Shown here one piece after another: positions 1 to 14,175 of a DNA stretch of 64,000 bases. The position numbers were made by a program, and so were the translations under genes. Position 1 is the stretch's first letter, and each line of letters begins with the position of its first letter. The notes beneath the pieces are model-generated. The model was not told where the DNA came from. It did no database searches and saw only the letters and a program-made list of their open reading frames with translations. The DNA comes from Parasitella parasitica NRRL 2501 (lineage: Eukaryota; Fungi; Mucoromycota): NCBI GenBank assembly GCA_025201805.1, contig MU619376.1, forward strand, positions 12,107-76,106, read 5' to 3'.

Positions 1-13
1 TTCTCATATTTGA

Positions 14-418
14 ATGTGTAGAGTAACGGACATGAAAGGCGATGTTATGATTTTGAACCCTCATATCCCACCAATCAATTTATCAAAGATTGCATTTTCG
101 TACGGGCTGGGACGAGCAGCAAAATTAAATAGTATAGAGCACTCCCTCAAAGATTATCTAGCAGAAATTAATGGGATTCCTGATGACTTTTGCAATGCAG
201 AGTGTACAGATGGGAGATTGAGCAATCGATTATTAACCGGAAAACTATTATGTATCCAACAAAGAATGGTAAAAGGATCTCGAGATGGGCTGTTGGGCAC
301 GTCAGATTTTCACTGGGCAAGGCCTGAATTAAAGGGATATGTGGACAAGATTTCAGCTAGGTTCGATGTGGCTGCAAGGATTGCAATCTTGAACAAGCTA
401 ATAGGTAATCATAAGTAA
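14..418 (+). CDS. DUF155 / RMD1-like (Sif2/Rmd1 family) protein, C-terminal part, divergent; 5' end probably outside the window
   Basis: Translation 'KIAFSYGLGRAAKL...LLGTSDFHWARPEL...ISARFDVAARIAILNK' resembles the DUF155 pattern (SxGLAQSxKL ... PdffW..PeL ... ldi..Ri.vLN). Confidence 0.6.
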   Translation: MCRVTDMKGDVMILNPHIPPINLSKIAFSYGLGRAAKLNSIEHSLKDYLAEINGIPDDFCNAECTDGRLSNRLLTGKLLCIQQRMVKGSRDGLLGTSDFHWARPELKGYVDKISARFDVAARIAILNKLIGNHK

Positions 419-1466
419 GATGGGTCTCTGCCCTACAACTAATACATTAGGCTTGTAGAATATGCAAAAAGTGTCATCAATGCTGCCAAAGACCATGATT
501 TATTGAAATAAAATGCTTGTCTTTAAAATCTCAATCCATGACATCACCGTAAAGCAAAAAAGTACCTTGATGCCTTATAACATGCGTTTGAGCAATCTAT
601 GCTGTCCACATTTCAACTATCCACTATGCAAAACATATTGCAACGAGGCTAAACCTGCTTTATCTCTCTCTCTCTCTTTGTAGTCAGCAGCATCGCCATA
701 TTATGAATTCCAGGTCCTGTTGTTGAAAAAGAGCCTTTGCATTGTGCGCATGTCATACAATGCATCCGTGCCTTTTTTTTTTTTTTTTTTTTTCTGCTGG
801 GGCTGTGACATCTAGAGACAGACAGTTGGATACCGTACTCAAATCTCAACTCGTTGTTGACACACCATATTTCCTGTCAAGCCGACGCAAACGCTTGCAC
901 TATTTTCAATTAGATCTATTCCAAGACGAATGCCTTGTTAACCAATATTCAATCCCATTCGTCAAGACTCGCGGCTTTCAATCTGCTGCATTTACCCGTG
1001 TCAACCCACATCTTTTTGCTCAAACCGCAATCAAGAAAATCAGCACCACGGCTTTTGTCTGCGACATTATGGCACAATTATCAGCAAGAGGATTGGGCAT
1101 CTACTGCAACTCACAGTAACGCTAAACCTTCTGAGAATAGAAAAATGGGTATTTCTTACAACAGCTGGCTCGACCATCTACCATTTTTGACTACTCGAAT
1201 TGAACACACCTATTAGTACTTGGCTTCTTTTTTGGTCCTGTGGCGAGTAAAACATCTTGCATAGGTGAATGGCTCAATTGACATTACGTAGCTTGCGGTA
1301 TTTCAATGACTGCTTACAATACTGCCAGCTGCTAGTCCAAGTTTAAGAGGAATACATGGACAGGTACTATTTTGTGGTCTGGCATTGCAGCTGATGCTGC
1401 GTGGTCTTCCATCGCAGTTTGATATATACTATTACTATAGACTTGATAAAAAAAGATACATTTTAT

Positions 1467-3039
1467 TTATTGGGGATAAGTGGGATAACCGTATTGATCG
1501 TTTTGTTGCTGATTGTTGTTGGGCCTGTTTCCAGGAACTGAAGGAGCAAGTAGATATCCTGAATTACTAGACATGTCTGTTTGCTGATACCTATTTTGAG
1601 ATGGCTGGGGGAAACTAGGCATGTCAGATGTCGGGTAATCAGGATTTGAAGCTGGATAGCTGGGCATTTGATTAACAGGAGCAGAGGGAGAGCCAGGTAA
1701 TTGTTGATAGTTGCTATAGTTAGATGATGGTGAATAAGGTGACACCTGTTGAGAAGGAAAACTGGGTGGCGATTGCGGAGGATGTGCATAGTTGGAAGAT
1801 GGTTGAGGAATTGGTGGGTAGGCTGAAGCAAGTGGATAACCGCTTGAATTAGCTGGAGGCGAGAAAGAAGATGTAGCATTGGCAGGAATAGGTTCAGGAA
1901 AACTAGATGGGGAAGGTGCTTGTCCTTGTTGAGCACTTGGAGGAGGATAGACGTCCTTTCTAGGTGGAGGTGGAGGGTAATTGTTTGAAGATGGTGCTTG
2001 GCCGGGTTGGGCAGGAGGAGGAGCAATGGGAGTGCCGCCATAGAATGAGCCGTAGTTAGCTAATAAAGGATCAATGCGAGAATTGCCGGCAGCATTGGTA
2101 GTAGAAGAAGCCGGTATGTTGCTCCCAACGCCAGCAATCTTGTTGTTCTCGGGCACCTTTTTCAATTCTGGAGGTACGCCCGGTTCAGCAGCGTAACCAG
2201 GTCTCGGCTGGCCAAATCCTTCTTTTTTATGCAATGGCACACTAGTGGTAGCCATGTTCAAGGCATTTTCGAATTGGTGGTAGGGTTCAAACTGCCATAA
2301 TTGATTCAAATTATCCGTCTCCTTTCGTTTGTACAGTAAAACTTGAGCGCCGCCTTTGGCACTATCCCCCTAAGAATACATGTTGGTATTCCAACACATG
2401 GCAAAGGGATTCGTACTTACTCGAATATCAAGAACAAGACTGGGATATTCTTTTGAACAGATAAAGCCGTTCTCATAGACCCACTACTCTATCATCAATA
2501 CCAGCCATTACTCGTTGCATAAATACCCTTTTACCTCTTGAGATTGCTTGTTCGGTTTGATCTTTTTTTGAACGATTGATTTATCAGATTTGAAAGCGCC
2601 TACCAATCAATATAAAAAAATTGGAAATTACACCAAAAACGGTTTACTTACGTGAACTAATATCCATGGCTTTTGAAAAAAAAAAAAAAAAATGCAGAGC
2701 TTAGTGAATGATATCATTCTTATCGCACAGGCTACTTACCGTGACCAGATTTTTTGTTGACCAATTTGCCTTTGTCATAGGACCAAAGTCTAAACAAGCA
2801 AGAATCACTTCTAGGCCCCATTCTGATCACAAACCCAACTTACTGGTTATCACTGTCTTGGAACTTTTGAGGCCATACGATTATATTGGCATCATCCTGT
2901 GCAAAAGTGATGGAAAGCCGTCAATGGAGGGCTTCTTAATCTTTTCAAAACGAAAATGATGAATTACCTTTGTCTGACCATCAAAAACATCAAGCGCAAA
3001 ACCGTGCTTGCGAGACAAAATATAAAAATATCCTTCAGG

Positions 3040-3045
<6 letters not shown>
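1467..3045 (-). CDS. Ricin-type beta-trefoil (CBM13-like) lectin domain protein with long Pro/Ser/Tyr/Gln-rich C-terminal tail; multi-exon
   Basis: Exons encode 'FPEGYFYILSRKHGFALDVFDG', 'WPQKFQDSDNQ', 'LVLDIR' and 'NQLWQFEPY' (QxW repeats), followed by a ~270-aa low-complexity tail. The start codon is obscured by the 81-nt poly-A run at 3040-3120. Confidence 0.75.
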
Positions 3046-3123
<78 letters not shown>

Positions 3124-3540
3124 GGAAAAAAAGAGAAAAGAGGAGTAGTTGATTGTTGAGTTCGAGTTTTTATACGAATATTTGTGCGGCAATTTAATAA
3201 ATCACAATGTTGAGCACCACACTGCACTAGCCACGCATTTTATGAGACATGCTCTCGTTCAGGCTTTTCAGCTGGGCAATCGCAAATATTCTATTAAATG
3301 ACACGTACATCGTTTTGCGATTTTTCAATTTCATGTGTAATTTGATAATGTTAGTGTTTATTAATAAACAATGGCTAATGTGTAACTTGCTTTGTTTGGA
3401 AGTCAACACCTCCTAATAAAAGAGGTGCATTTTATGCTCTTTTGATCCACAATGAACTTTTTTCCAGGAAAAATGGCGACGATAATTTACTTGAATCTAA
3501 ACCTTTTTGGGAGCAAGAAAATTATGGAGTCACTGGAGTA

Positions 3541-5194
3541 CTAAAACACAATGAAATAGATGGCGATACTGGATGCCAGCATTAGGTTCATGATTTTACA
3601 AGTCCTTATTAAACCCAAAGATGACAGACCACCATCGTTAGCTAGTGCATTCATGACATCAGTATCTAAAAAGCCAAAGCCTGAGAAAGTCGCATTCGTA
3701 GTAACACCGCCTGTTGCACTTGAATTTCCACCGGTGGCATAGCCAGGAAGCGTGATCAGTAGTAATTTATTAACTCGAGTGGAAGGTGCTTGTGATCCCC
3801 AGATCCAGTCGTCCGTGCTATAAGCAGGAGCGCCAGCTAAAGCGGTAGGATCGATGCCAGTAGTCCATGCAGCTGTCATTCCCGAGGATGCATCAGAAAT
3901 GTTGACAGTAGGCTGATATTCTGAACGGCCCTGAGTATAGTCGCCAATGGATAGACCATACGTCAAATTGGTCTTGATTTTGTTGGCGACATCCAGAGGC
4001 GTTGTTATGTTGACGTCAAAATTGACGGGAGTTGCAGCTTTGGTTGACAATAGCTGAACCACACCCAAACGAGCATTAGGGTGTGCGTTTGCTACAGTGA
4101 CAGGGAATCCTTCTACGCTAAAGTCATATTGAAGAGAGTTTGGCTGCATGATGATGGGAGCTGTGTTGTTTAATTGCAAATTACTGGTTCTATAGATAAT
4201 GCGAATAGTGAGATTAGAATTGTCAGCAGACATGTTGCCGCCAGTATTATTGTAGACAACATTCGCAGTTGTGCCGGTCTGGAGGTAGGATTGTGTAGCG
4301 TTGTTGGGAACAGTGAGATTTGTCACTTGGAACGGCTGCCATGCCAGATTCTGCAATGAAGTGACTGAATAAATCGGCTCGTTTGCATCATAGAATCCAT
4401 TTTGGTTGGCATCTTCGAACTCAATGACGTGAGAAAACTGTAAACGATAGACAAAATCAGCATCGCGAGCATTGTGGTCTGAAGAGCTAAAGAATGCATG
4501 ATCGACCATAGGGTACTGGTTGTTTGTACTAATGTTGAAAGAATAGTGGTAATTATCATCCTTTCCAGAGTTGGTTGTGCCATTGATGACCGCATTTTGG
4601 GTATTACTGCCTTGTTCGGTTAGCTGTGGTGCATAATAATAGCCGTTATTTTGGTTGTAGCGATGATATGCTGAATTATATCCGTAAAAGAGAAAGGGCG
4701 GCAGAATTGCAAAGTAGAGCAATGATGGATTATAAAATCCTGTATATCCGTATCTAGAGGCTGAGCTATATCCTCCAGAATAAGCGGGGGGATAGTTGGA
4801 ATATGTCGCTAAATGTGAAATCCATTGTTAGCCTATATACTTGCAATGTACCTAATACGGTTCTAAAGCTTACATCGTGTGCTAGCATAGTAGGGAGGCG
4901 GTGCTCCACCAAAACCCCCACTTCCGCCCTTGGATGACACCGTTTTGGAAGTAGATCCTGTGCCTATGATTACATGTCAATAGACATTAAGTTATGCCCT
5001 TATTCAAGCCTACCTGCTACACCTTGGCCTGTACTTCCAGTGCGAGTTCCACTACTGGATCCTCCACTTCTACTGGATCCTCCACTGGATCCTCCACTGG
5101 ATCCTCCACCTCTACCGCCGCCCCCACCTTTGGCAAGAACGGCTATGCAAAACAAATAGCTGATAAATACAATACTGAGCGACAATAATGACAT
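3541..5194 (-). CDS. Secreted or GPI-anchored hypothetical protein with Gly/Ser-rich N-terminus (3 exons)
   Basis: Hydrophobic signal peptide followed by 'AKGGGGGRGGGSSGG' (ATG at 5194); large exon ~3541-4808 ending in the hydrophobic tail 'NLMLASSIAIYFIVF'; GT-AG introns between. Confidence 0.7.
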
Positions 5195-6267
5195 GCGACT
5201 TACCAAGTGTACAATATATCAGCCCAATGGCTGTTTTCAAAATAAGCTTCATTGAAATATATATAAATCTATTTTTTTTTTATTTTTTTTTTTCACTCTG
5301 TTAAAGAAAGAAAACTGTGAAAAATGAAGAAGAAAAAAGAAAAGAAGCTTTATAATGGGGAAACAGAAGTCCAAGAACAAGCTGCTGGTGTTACTTGCCT
5401 ATTTGGTCAAGTTTCGTACCTTTTTAGCTGCTAAGCAAGGGATATCACAAGGCTGGTGAATGTGTAACAGCGCTTCTGCGCTCCACGGTATTCTGCCAAA
5501 ATACAGTGATTTTCATACAATTGTCCTACGCCACGCCGTATTCGAATGGCATGCTTAGCCTTTTGAATCTTTTTGCATTGACATGACAAAAATTGAGATG
5601 AGACCAAGTAGACGCAATAAAATTTTCTCAGCTTAGCATGATGTCTTCATTGTGTGCTTCATTCTTTTGTTTCTCGTGAGCATATACAAGATAAAAATAA
5701 GCACGTAAACATAGCATACAACGATTATTTGATGCACCTCTGAGGCCTTAAATCAACCAAGAAGCCCGTAAATTATTCCTTCAAAATCACCGAAAGCTTT
5801 TTATCTCTACTCTTTATGGCCGTCAAATTTTTTCCATTCCACTCAAGAACTGTTTTATTTATGATGGTTTTTTTTTTTTTCGGGAAAGTCAACTTACTGA
5901 ATTCTAAACATCAATACTTGTCAGAATTATTACAGTCATTACTAAATTCTTTTCTTTGGATATATTGTAGCATTTTAGTACACTAAATAAAGCTTATTTT
6001 CTTCAGTTAACGTTCGCTACATACTCAGAAAGGAGTATAAAGCTATCATTCTTTTGTTACGATCTAGTATGCGAGTTGAAATCTCTCAAGTTAAATCTAC
6101 TTGACATATAATACAAATTTAAAAGCTGTTTCGCGACTCGGGTTGATTACACTCTAACGCAAAGATTGAAAATTGATTTGTAGCATATATGTTATGTATA
6201 TAAAGAAGCTGACCAATTCCTGTAATTAATTAAATGGTTTATATAAATATATGAGAATGCGATAAAA

Positions 6268-8214
6268 TTACATCAAGAATTTGAGCGTCGTAGCAAGTGC
6301 AATCACAATGGTCGTCAAAGAGTTGACAAGATTGGCTACAGCATTATTGGTTTTTTTCTTGGAATTATTTACGACACAATCAACAGAGCATTGAAATGCT
6401 AAACTTTGAGGGTTGTTTACGATGCTTTGATCAGGGCAAGATTGAAATTGATTTGGAGTCATATAACAGTATCCGAGAGCAGGGGCTGCCATTGAAGAAG
6501 GAAATTGACCATTCAATGCATTAAAGTTGAGACTAAGATGTTCGAGCTTGGTGAGTTGATCGATTTGGCTGGGTATAGGGCCTGTGATGATGTTGTGCCC
6601 GAGGTTCCTAAATCGAGTATTGGAGATTATTTCGCCAAGATCGAACAGATGTCTACTTACAATCTTTTGACATTAGTAATCTGGCCCAATTTTGGTGATA
6701 AAGTACCAGTCAATCTGTTGTTGGACAAATCTCTACATTAAATTTATGTTAGACGTCGAATATTGCAATTGTGTAAGAGACATACAAGACTTCCAGTTTT
6801 AGCAATGAATATATCTCTTCAGGAATAGATCCATTTAACATTTGGTGTGACATGACCCTGCGCTCATTTTACATAAGTTTGCATCTATTCAAAACATGAT
6901 GAAAAAAGAAAAAAAAAATTTTTCTTACAAGGATTGCAAATTTGTCATATTGCCGATAGAAGCAGGAATATTTCCAAGCAAATGGTTACCTTTGATATTT
7001 CTATATGAGGTATAAGAGTTTGTAATTCCATCATCATGTATCATCAACTCACAGTTGAACCAAACCAGAAACACTGCCTAAATCAATAGGTAAAAAGCCA
7101 TTCAAAGCGTTGTTGTCTAGATAGCTGTAATTGAATGATAAATACCGACTTATCTTGATCATGAAAAATAACAACTTACAGGGATCGAAGAGATGAAATC
7201 TGAGTGATTACTGTTGGGAATGGACCTGTCAAATTATTGTTGCCAAGATACAAGTTTTCAAGTGATTCCATGCTTTTCCAAGAGTCTGGAATAGTCCCAG
7301 TAAACGAATTATTTTTGAGATGACTGTGTGTATATTTGGGTATCACCCAGGTGTGAGATAATTGAGCATGACTATCTCATAGATAACCGACACTTACATG
7401 TTTGTTAAATTTACAAGGTTGCTAAAACCGGAGGGAAGGCCACCAGAAATCGAATTTACATCTAAATTACTACGTAGATAGATGTTTACTCAAGTGTAAA
7501 TAAAGCGTTGCGCTTCAGCATCTTACATTGACTTTAAACTGGCAAGATTTGCAATTGTTGCGGGCAAAGGTCCAGATATGTTGTTGTTACTCAAATCGCT
7601 ATTAAAATTATTTAGACGCCACTTTTTCAAAAAAAAAAAAAATCTATTTCCAATATGTTACATATTCTGAATATCTGGCAGTTGATCAAAATTGTTTGGG
7701 AGCTGCCCTACAAGATTATTGTATGCAAGATCACTTGAGGGGGGGGGGGGGGGAAGGGGGATTAGCGTTCAATGCAAGGGGCTCGTAGATAAGAAGCTCA
7801 CATCTTTAATACCTGTCCAATGCTGTTGCAATGAACATTGTACCAACTACAACATGTGGACATATCGGTAGAATCCCATCCAGTTCGGACGATCCATGCA
7901 TTACCGTTCAATGATTTATACAATTGCTGCAAATTTTGACATACAGTGGGATTCACAGTTTTATTGACAGCTGGCATCTCGGATTCAGTGAATGTCGATT
8001 GAGCTTCTTGGTCAGATGCAGTTGTTGATGTGGCGGGTTCTGCTGTTGATGAAGTGCCAAGTTCCGTCTCCAGAGCTGTCGTGGTGGAAGTCGCTTGACT
8101 TTCGATGGCTGAAGATGCGTCTGACATGGTTGTGTCATCGTCACCACTATCGTCCTCTTGGCAAACGGCGAAAGCTATGAAAAAGAGCAAAATAATTAAA
8201 ATGTTACTTTTCAT
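6268..8214 (-). CDS. Secreted/GPI-anchored leucine-rich repeat protein (LRRNT cap plus plant-type LRRs); many introns
   Basis: Signal peptide, Ser/Thr stalk, 'CCSWYNVHCN' LRR N-cap, repeated LxxNxLxGxIP exons (e.g. NNLVGQLP, NNISGPLP, NNLTGPFP), hydrophobic C-terminus. Confidence 0.8.
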
Positions 8215-8526
8215 TTCAAAGCAAGAAGAAAGAAAAACAAGATGGGGAGAGAAAGAGAGAAAGAGAGAAAGAGAGAAAACAAGACATGATTTTTTTTTTT
8301 AAAAATAGATATCTTTAGAAAGGGGCATAGCAACAAATCCAAGGAACCAGAAGCCATCAAAACAAATTCTAGCCTGTGACCGGGATGAGATGGCCACACG
8401 TGGAAAATTACAAGGTATTTATAACCATCACCATCATCCGCCACGGCTTTCTCCCCTTTTAAACTATATTGCCAACAGCTACATAGCAACAACAACAACA
8501 GCAGCAACAGCAACGCAGTAATTACA

Positions 8527-9185
8527 ATGTCCGAAGTAACCATCAGAATTGGCATTCTTAATGCTAAAAACCTTGCTGCAGCGTAAGACATCACAATGGT
8601 AGATTTTGTGCTTATTTGTTTATCGGCTCTATCATACAATCTAGTGATAAAACAGGCTTCTCAGATCCCTACGTTGTAATGAGAGTAAAGTAAGTGATTT
8701 TGGGCCACTAAAGCTTGCATACAAACGATGATCAATATATAGCAACAAAAAGTACAAGACAAAGTCTATCAAACAGACATTAGATCCTGTATGGGATGCC
8801 CATTTCGACATACAAGTGTCCCCCAAAAAGACACCCACTTTGTTGTCATTCACTGTCTGGGATAAGGATACATTTGGAAGAGATTTCCTTGGTGAAATAA
8901 CAATTCCGTTCAAAAACATTTTTGATAGAAACAATCAAGGCGTGTCAGATGGTGTAGCGAGAAACTACAAGGATCCCAACAACTTTGAAGCTTATTATCA
9001 ATTGGCAAAGAGGAGCGAAAAGAACAATGTATCTGGAGATCTCTGCCTGAAGTTTGGCATACTTGAGGACCGTGTTGGAGATGTCAAGAGGTAATGTTGA
9101 TTGACTGATACTACAAAAGACCGCTTTTTTCTAATTGTGCAAATACTTTAGATATGCTGATGCTTGGCAAGTATTGAATGCGTAA
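8527..9185 (+). CDS. Small C2-domain protein (similar to the N-terminal C2 region of Psd2-type phosphatidylserine decarboxylases)
   Basis: Exons encode 'IRIGILNAKNLAA', 'DKTGFSDPYVV', 'KTKSIKQTLDPVWDAHF', 'TVWDKDTFGRDFLGEITIP'; stop TAA at 9183-9185 after a short last exon. Confidence 0.75.
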
Positions 9186-10332
9186 CTCTTTTATATATAT
9201 GCACAGAGCATGCATTCTTTTAGATATCGTTTATTTATACCATCATCCTCTATATATATATATACAGTATTCCAAATTTATTTTTAGACATGATTGTACC
9301 ACATTTTGCACTTGGCTTTCATGTTCAGTTTATTAAAGTAATTTGAATGATAAATTTGACCATATTGTCTATAATCGTGATTCTACTTTATGCTCTGCCG
9401 AAAAATCGGTTTAGTATACAGTAGTCAGACTCGGATTAAAGCCCGTATTACCATTTCTCCACTATGGATAACTCCTCGAATTCTTCAGTTTTTGATGTGA
9501 CATTGTCCTTGACAGCTATAAACGAATCACTGAAGTCAGAGCCTGGTGAAAGGAAAACTAGCATTCTGTACCATATATACCCTTTTATTAGATCATGACT
9601 TCATGCTCCTCTTTGTACGAATGAGTTTATCAATCATATGTGTAGGGTTACTTTTTCTCTGGGGGTGCATCGGAATATGGTGTACCGGCAATCTCCGCAG
9701 AGCTATAGCTATTATCAGCATCAAATTCTGAAAATATTATATCATGGATAGTGAGTTTCCTAGCAGAATGAGTATTTCCAAGACCAGCATGACACTGGGG
9801 GATTCATCATTAACAATGGATTTAATTGTAGAATGAGAGTCGCTGGAAACAGCATCGCCATCACCATCGCTGAAGCTGAGCAATTCCGTTTTCCTGGTAT
9901 TTGCATAATCAAAAGTAACAATGGCAAACTTTTGTGAGGCTTCTTGCCATTTTCTTGTTTTAGATTTTCCAACAAGCGACACACTGGCTTTTCATATAAA
10001 AATTGCATATAAACAACGCTAATAGGCTTCGATAAAGAGCAAAATATAGATTAATTTACATTTGGCTGACATTGACGAATTGTACTTATTGTAGAGCCCT
10101 TGATAAAAAATAAGAATATAATCGACATCTCTAAAGACAAATTTTGGGACAAAAATGTTTAGGGAAGGGGAATCTTTGGATAAATTATTCTCTTGTTTTG
10201 CATCCGGAAACTACACCTATGCGGAGGTAATGGCTAACAGATTCAATTGAAACCCAGGACCATGAGTCATTTTATTGAGAACAACTGTGGAAAAGCTTCT
10301 GGTTAGTTTTTTACTCTTCCCACGCAAACACA

Positions 10333-11886
10333 ATGAGTTCAGATCGTAAAACCTGGAGTATCAAAGCATCAAAAACTGCCAATCAAGCGAGCAACCCTAT
10401 TAGAGCGATTGTTGATAAACTAAAGTTGAATCCTAATGCTACAAAGCCCCTCATCAGTTTGTCAATCGGTAAGGCCACGAAATGAGCAGAGACTTGAATT
10501 TTTGACACATTTAAATAGGTGATCCTACTATCTTTGGTAATTTCAATGTTGATCCTAGTATCAATGATGCCGTTGCCAAGCAATTGAACAGTTTCAAGTC
10601 TAATGGCTATCCACCTGCTGATGGTAAGCAACTTCATCATAGCCGTTGCAATGAAATGTTGACCAAAATCTGCTATAGGTACATTGGCTGCACGTACGGC
10701 CGTTGCCCAAGTCAATAACGACCCTACTGCACCATTGACAGCCGATGATGTTATCTTGGCTAACGGTTGCTCTGGCGCACTCGAAATGTGTATCAATGTG
10801 CTTTGCAATGATGGTCAAAATATTCTTTTGCCTCGCCCTGGGTTCTCGCTTTACGCATCAGTGGCTGCCACTCGTTTTGTCGAGCCTAGGTACTATGATT
10901 TGGTGGTAACAGGAGCATACAACAATATATCTTGCATTTAATACTGACGTGCCTGTTTTGTAGCCCGAGAATAACTGGGAAGCGGATCTATTGCAGATGG
11001 AATCTTTGATCGATGATAAAACAAGTGCAATCCTTGTCAACAAGTAAATATACGTGCATCCAAATGGTTGTGGATTGAAGCTANNNNNNNNNNNNNNNNN
11101 NNNNNNNNNNNNNNNNNNAAAAAAAAAAAAAAAAAAAGCCCTTCCAATCCTTGCGGTTCTGTTTACTCTCGTCAGCATCTGGAAGCTATTTTAGAAATTG
11201 CCGAAAAATACCACGTTCCCGTCATTGCTGATGAAATCTATTGCGATCTTGTCTTTGAGGGCAACAAGTTTTATCCTATGGCTACCTTGACGTCGACTGT
11301 GCCAATTTTAGCAGTCGGTGGTCTCGCAAAAAAATGGCTTGTTCCTGGATGGAGAGTTGGGTGGATTTTGATTCATGACCGTAACAATGTGTTTGCTGAA
11401 GTCAACGCTGGCCTTCATCAGCTGGCTCAAATTATTCTAGGCCCCAATTCTCTTATTCAAGCTGCTATCCCGGATATCCTTGAGAAAACGCCCGAGTCTT
11501 TCTTTAAAGACACTATCAAACAGCTCGAAAAAAATGTCGAGCTGAGCATAAGGGAAGTATCCAAGATTGATGGCATGGTACCTGTTAATCCTCAAGGAGC
11601 CATGTATATGATGGTGCGCATTCAAGTCGAAAAGTTCAAGGATATTGAGTCTGATGTAGATTTCAGTGCTAAATTATTGGACGAGGAAAATGTCGTTTGT
11701 CTTCCAGGAGAGGTATATAATATGGAGCACTGTTTGAAGAATCGAGACAGTAATAACTGATTCTGATCTATTTTATAGTGTTTCAAGTATCCTAATTTTG
11801 TCAGATTTGTCATTACTCCTACATATGATCGTCTGGAAGAGGCTTACAAGAGAATGGACGAGTTTTGTGCAAGACATCGCAAATAG
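10333..11886 (+). CDS. TAT: Tyrosine aminotransferase (class I PLP-dependent aminotransferase); multi-exon, N gap inside an intron
   Basis: Motifs 'NPIRAIVD', 'LSIGDPT', 'NPSNPCGSVY', 'IADEIY', 'GGLAKKWLVPGWRVGW' (PLP lysine), 'PQGAMY'. Confidence 0.9.
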
Positions 11887-12259
11887 GCTTTATACAGAAT
11901 TAAACCGCACAGACCCTTAAAATTTCTTGTATAAAAAAGATGATAGTGAAGGAGGAGTTTATGGATACAAACTATTTTTAAAAGCTACAAGTATAAAACA
12001 AAACCAAGGAGACTTATTATATACATGATTTTTTGGCTCCTATAAAACGCTGTTGCATAGCAACATGTATATATATAAAAACTACCCCCCCCTCCTTGAG
12101 GCACCAGATACAGTACTCCTAATCTAAGCTATCTTCAACTTAGCTTCGCAAATAGGAGTAAAGCAAAGAGCGGATCAGTCTGCTGTAGAGGATGTTATAT
12201 ACGATCTTTTGCCTTTCTTCTTTTCTTTCTTCATTTCCCTGTCTATAAGCAATCCAGAA

Positions 12260-14175
12260 ATGAGATTCCACCACACAACAATTACTACTGCTATCGTTGC
12301 ATTTGTCAGCTTGACATTTGCTCAGTCAGAGGGAAATACGGTGCAGCCTGGTGCGGCAGCAGCAGCAGCGTCCTCTGCTGGCGCCTATTCTTGCGATCCA
12401 AATGTCTGCAAACTCGCCAATGGTTGTGTTTGTGCATCCAAGAATCCCCCCAACGGATTAGCACCTAACGATACGCCGCAATTTGTTACGGTAACATTTG
12501 ATGACTCTATTCAACCTCAATTATACAAGACAGCAAAGCGAATGCTCAACGTCACGTAAGTTTTGGTGATTGCAACTGTATGCCAATTTAGAACAGAGTG
12601 CCTAATCACAATTGTTAGGAATCCTAACGGTTGCTCTGGCCGCGGCACATGGTGAGAACGTAAAATATACAGCATTTATCAAACACTAAATCGATATAGG
12701 TATGTCTCGATGCAATACACAGACTTTTCTCTAGTACAGCAATGGTACTCTTCAGGAAATGAAATCGCAGAGTAGGTGTTTGTTATCCAGTGCAAATGTA
12801 TACCATCTCATTCTTGTGTAGCCACACGTTCTCTCACGTAGGCACTCCATCTGATCGTAAGTCCTTTCATGATATATATTAGAAGAAGCAAGAGTCTAAC
12901 AAACGAATCTGCATCTTTCTCCTTCCCTTGCACCCCTTAAATCTGCTTGTTCTTTCAGAGGAAATAACGAGCTGCAAAGAAATGTTAAACACCTACGGCG
13001 GTGTTCCCAATGGCAAAATCCAGGGATTCAGAGCCCCTTTCCTGAACTACACAAAAGAAACATTGAATCATTTGTCGAAATTGGGCTTCCTGTATGATTC
13101 AAGCTCTAGTGCACTACAAGATGATGCATACTGGCCATACACGTTGGATTATGGCATGGCAAACGATTGTTGGACTGGTATCTGTGGCGCTGGCCAAACT
13201 AAATTGCCTGGCCTTTGGGAGATCCCCATGTACGCTGTTCTCGACAACATTAGCACGCCTCAACTTATGGACGTCTACATCTCTGGACAACCTGAGGATG
13301 TGACAAAATGGAGTCTTGACACATTCAACAAACATTACAATGGCGGCAGACAACCTTTTGGTATTTATGTTCATCCTAGTAAGTGGAGTCAAATGTCGCA
13401 TCCGTGAAAACAGCCCCTAATCGTCAATCAATAGCCCATTTGACTGGATATCCTGGATTGCCTGATCCTGCGCCAAAGCTGGATGGATTGGTGTCTTTAA
13501 TAAAGACACTCTCCGAGAAACCAGACGTATGGTTTGTTACAAACCAGCAACTACTCCAATGGATGAAGAACCCAGTCAAAGCATCAGAGCTAGGAAAACA
13601 AGATTACATGCGTTGTGAGCAACCTGTCATTGCCAAAGAAATATGTAATGGCTTAGATGATGATAACAATGTGAACGTAGACGACGGCCTCTTGAATAGG
13701 TAGGATCGCATCTTAATTCTGGCCATGCCATATTCGTTGTATCTATATGCTAACGTCCATGCCAGTTGTAACTTTGGCACAACCACATTCAACACTTGCT
13801 TCAACTGCCCAAGTACTGCACCCACATTAGATACACCAAAGCCAGCCACTGCTGCTCAAAACGGAACTGCTGGTTTTCGTTATCCTTTGCCCAACGATTG
13901 CGAGTGAGTCTTTAAAAGCATTAGTCGTAAATAGCTACTAATTCACAATGATGCATAGCACGAAATGGTGGGACCCTATTGGAAACTCCTGTCTCTGCAC
14001 ATCAACTGAATGCCAGTATAAGGACACTGCTGTTCCAGTCAATCGCACTGCAGGCGGTAACGGTGTTGCCTCCAATGGATCTGGCTCATCCAGTGGTGCA
14101 AATAACATTATGAATAATCAATTAGAAAATGTATTCTTTATTACAGTTACACTTGTCGTATCGTTGTTATTTTAG
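12260..14175 (+). CDS. Chitin/polysaccharide deacetylase (CE4), secreted, Cys-rich C-terminus, probable GPI anchor
   Basis: Signal peptide; CE4 motifs 'VTFDD', 'HTFSH', 'GFRAPFL', 'YDSS', 'WPYTLDYG', 'LWEIPMY', 'PFGIYVH'; hydrophobic tail. Confidence 0.88.

Noticed and set aside
3040-3120. 81-nt poly-A run giving poly-Lys/poly-Phe ORFs
   Set aside because: Covers the expected start of the lectin gene. This window's N gaps are flanked by similar homopolymers, so the length is probably an assembly artefact and the ORFs are spurious.
9400-10010. Short minus-strand ORFs between the C2 gene and TAT
   Set aside because: No recognisable domain or consistent exon chain; perhaps a decayed gene.
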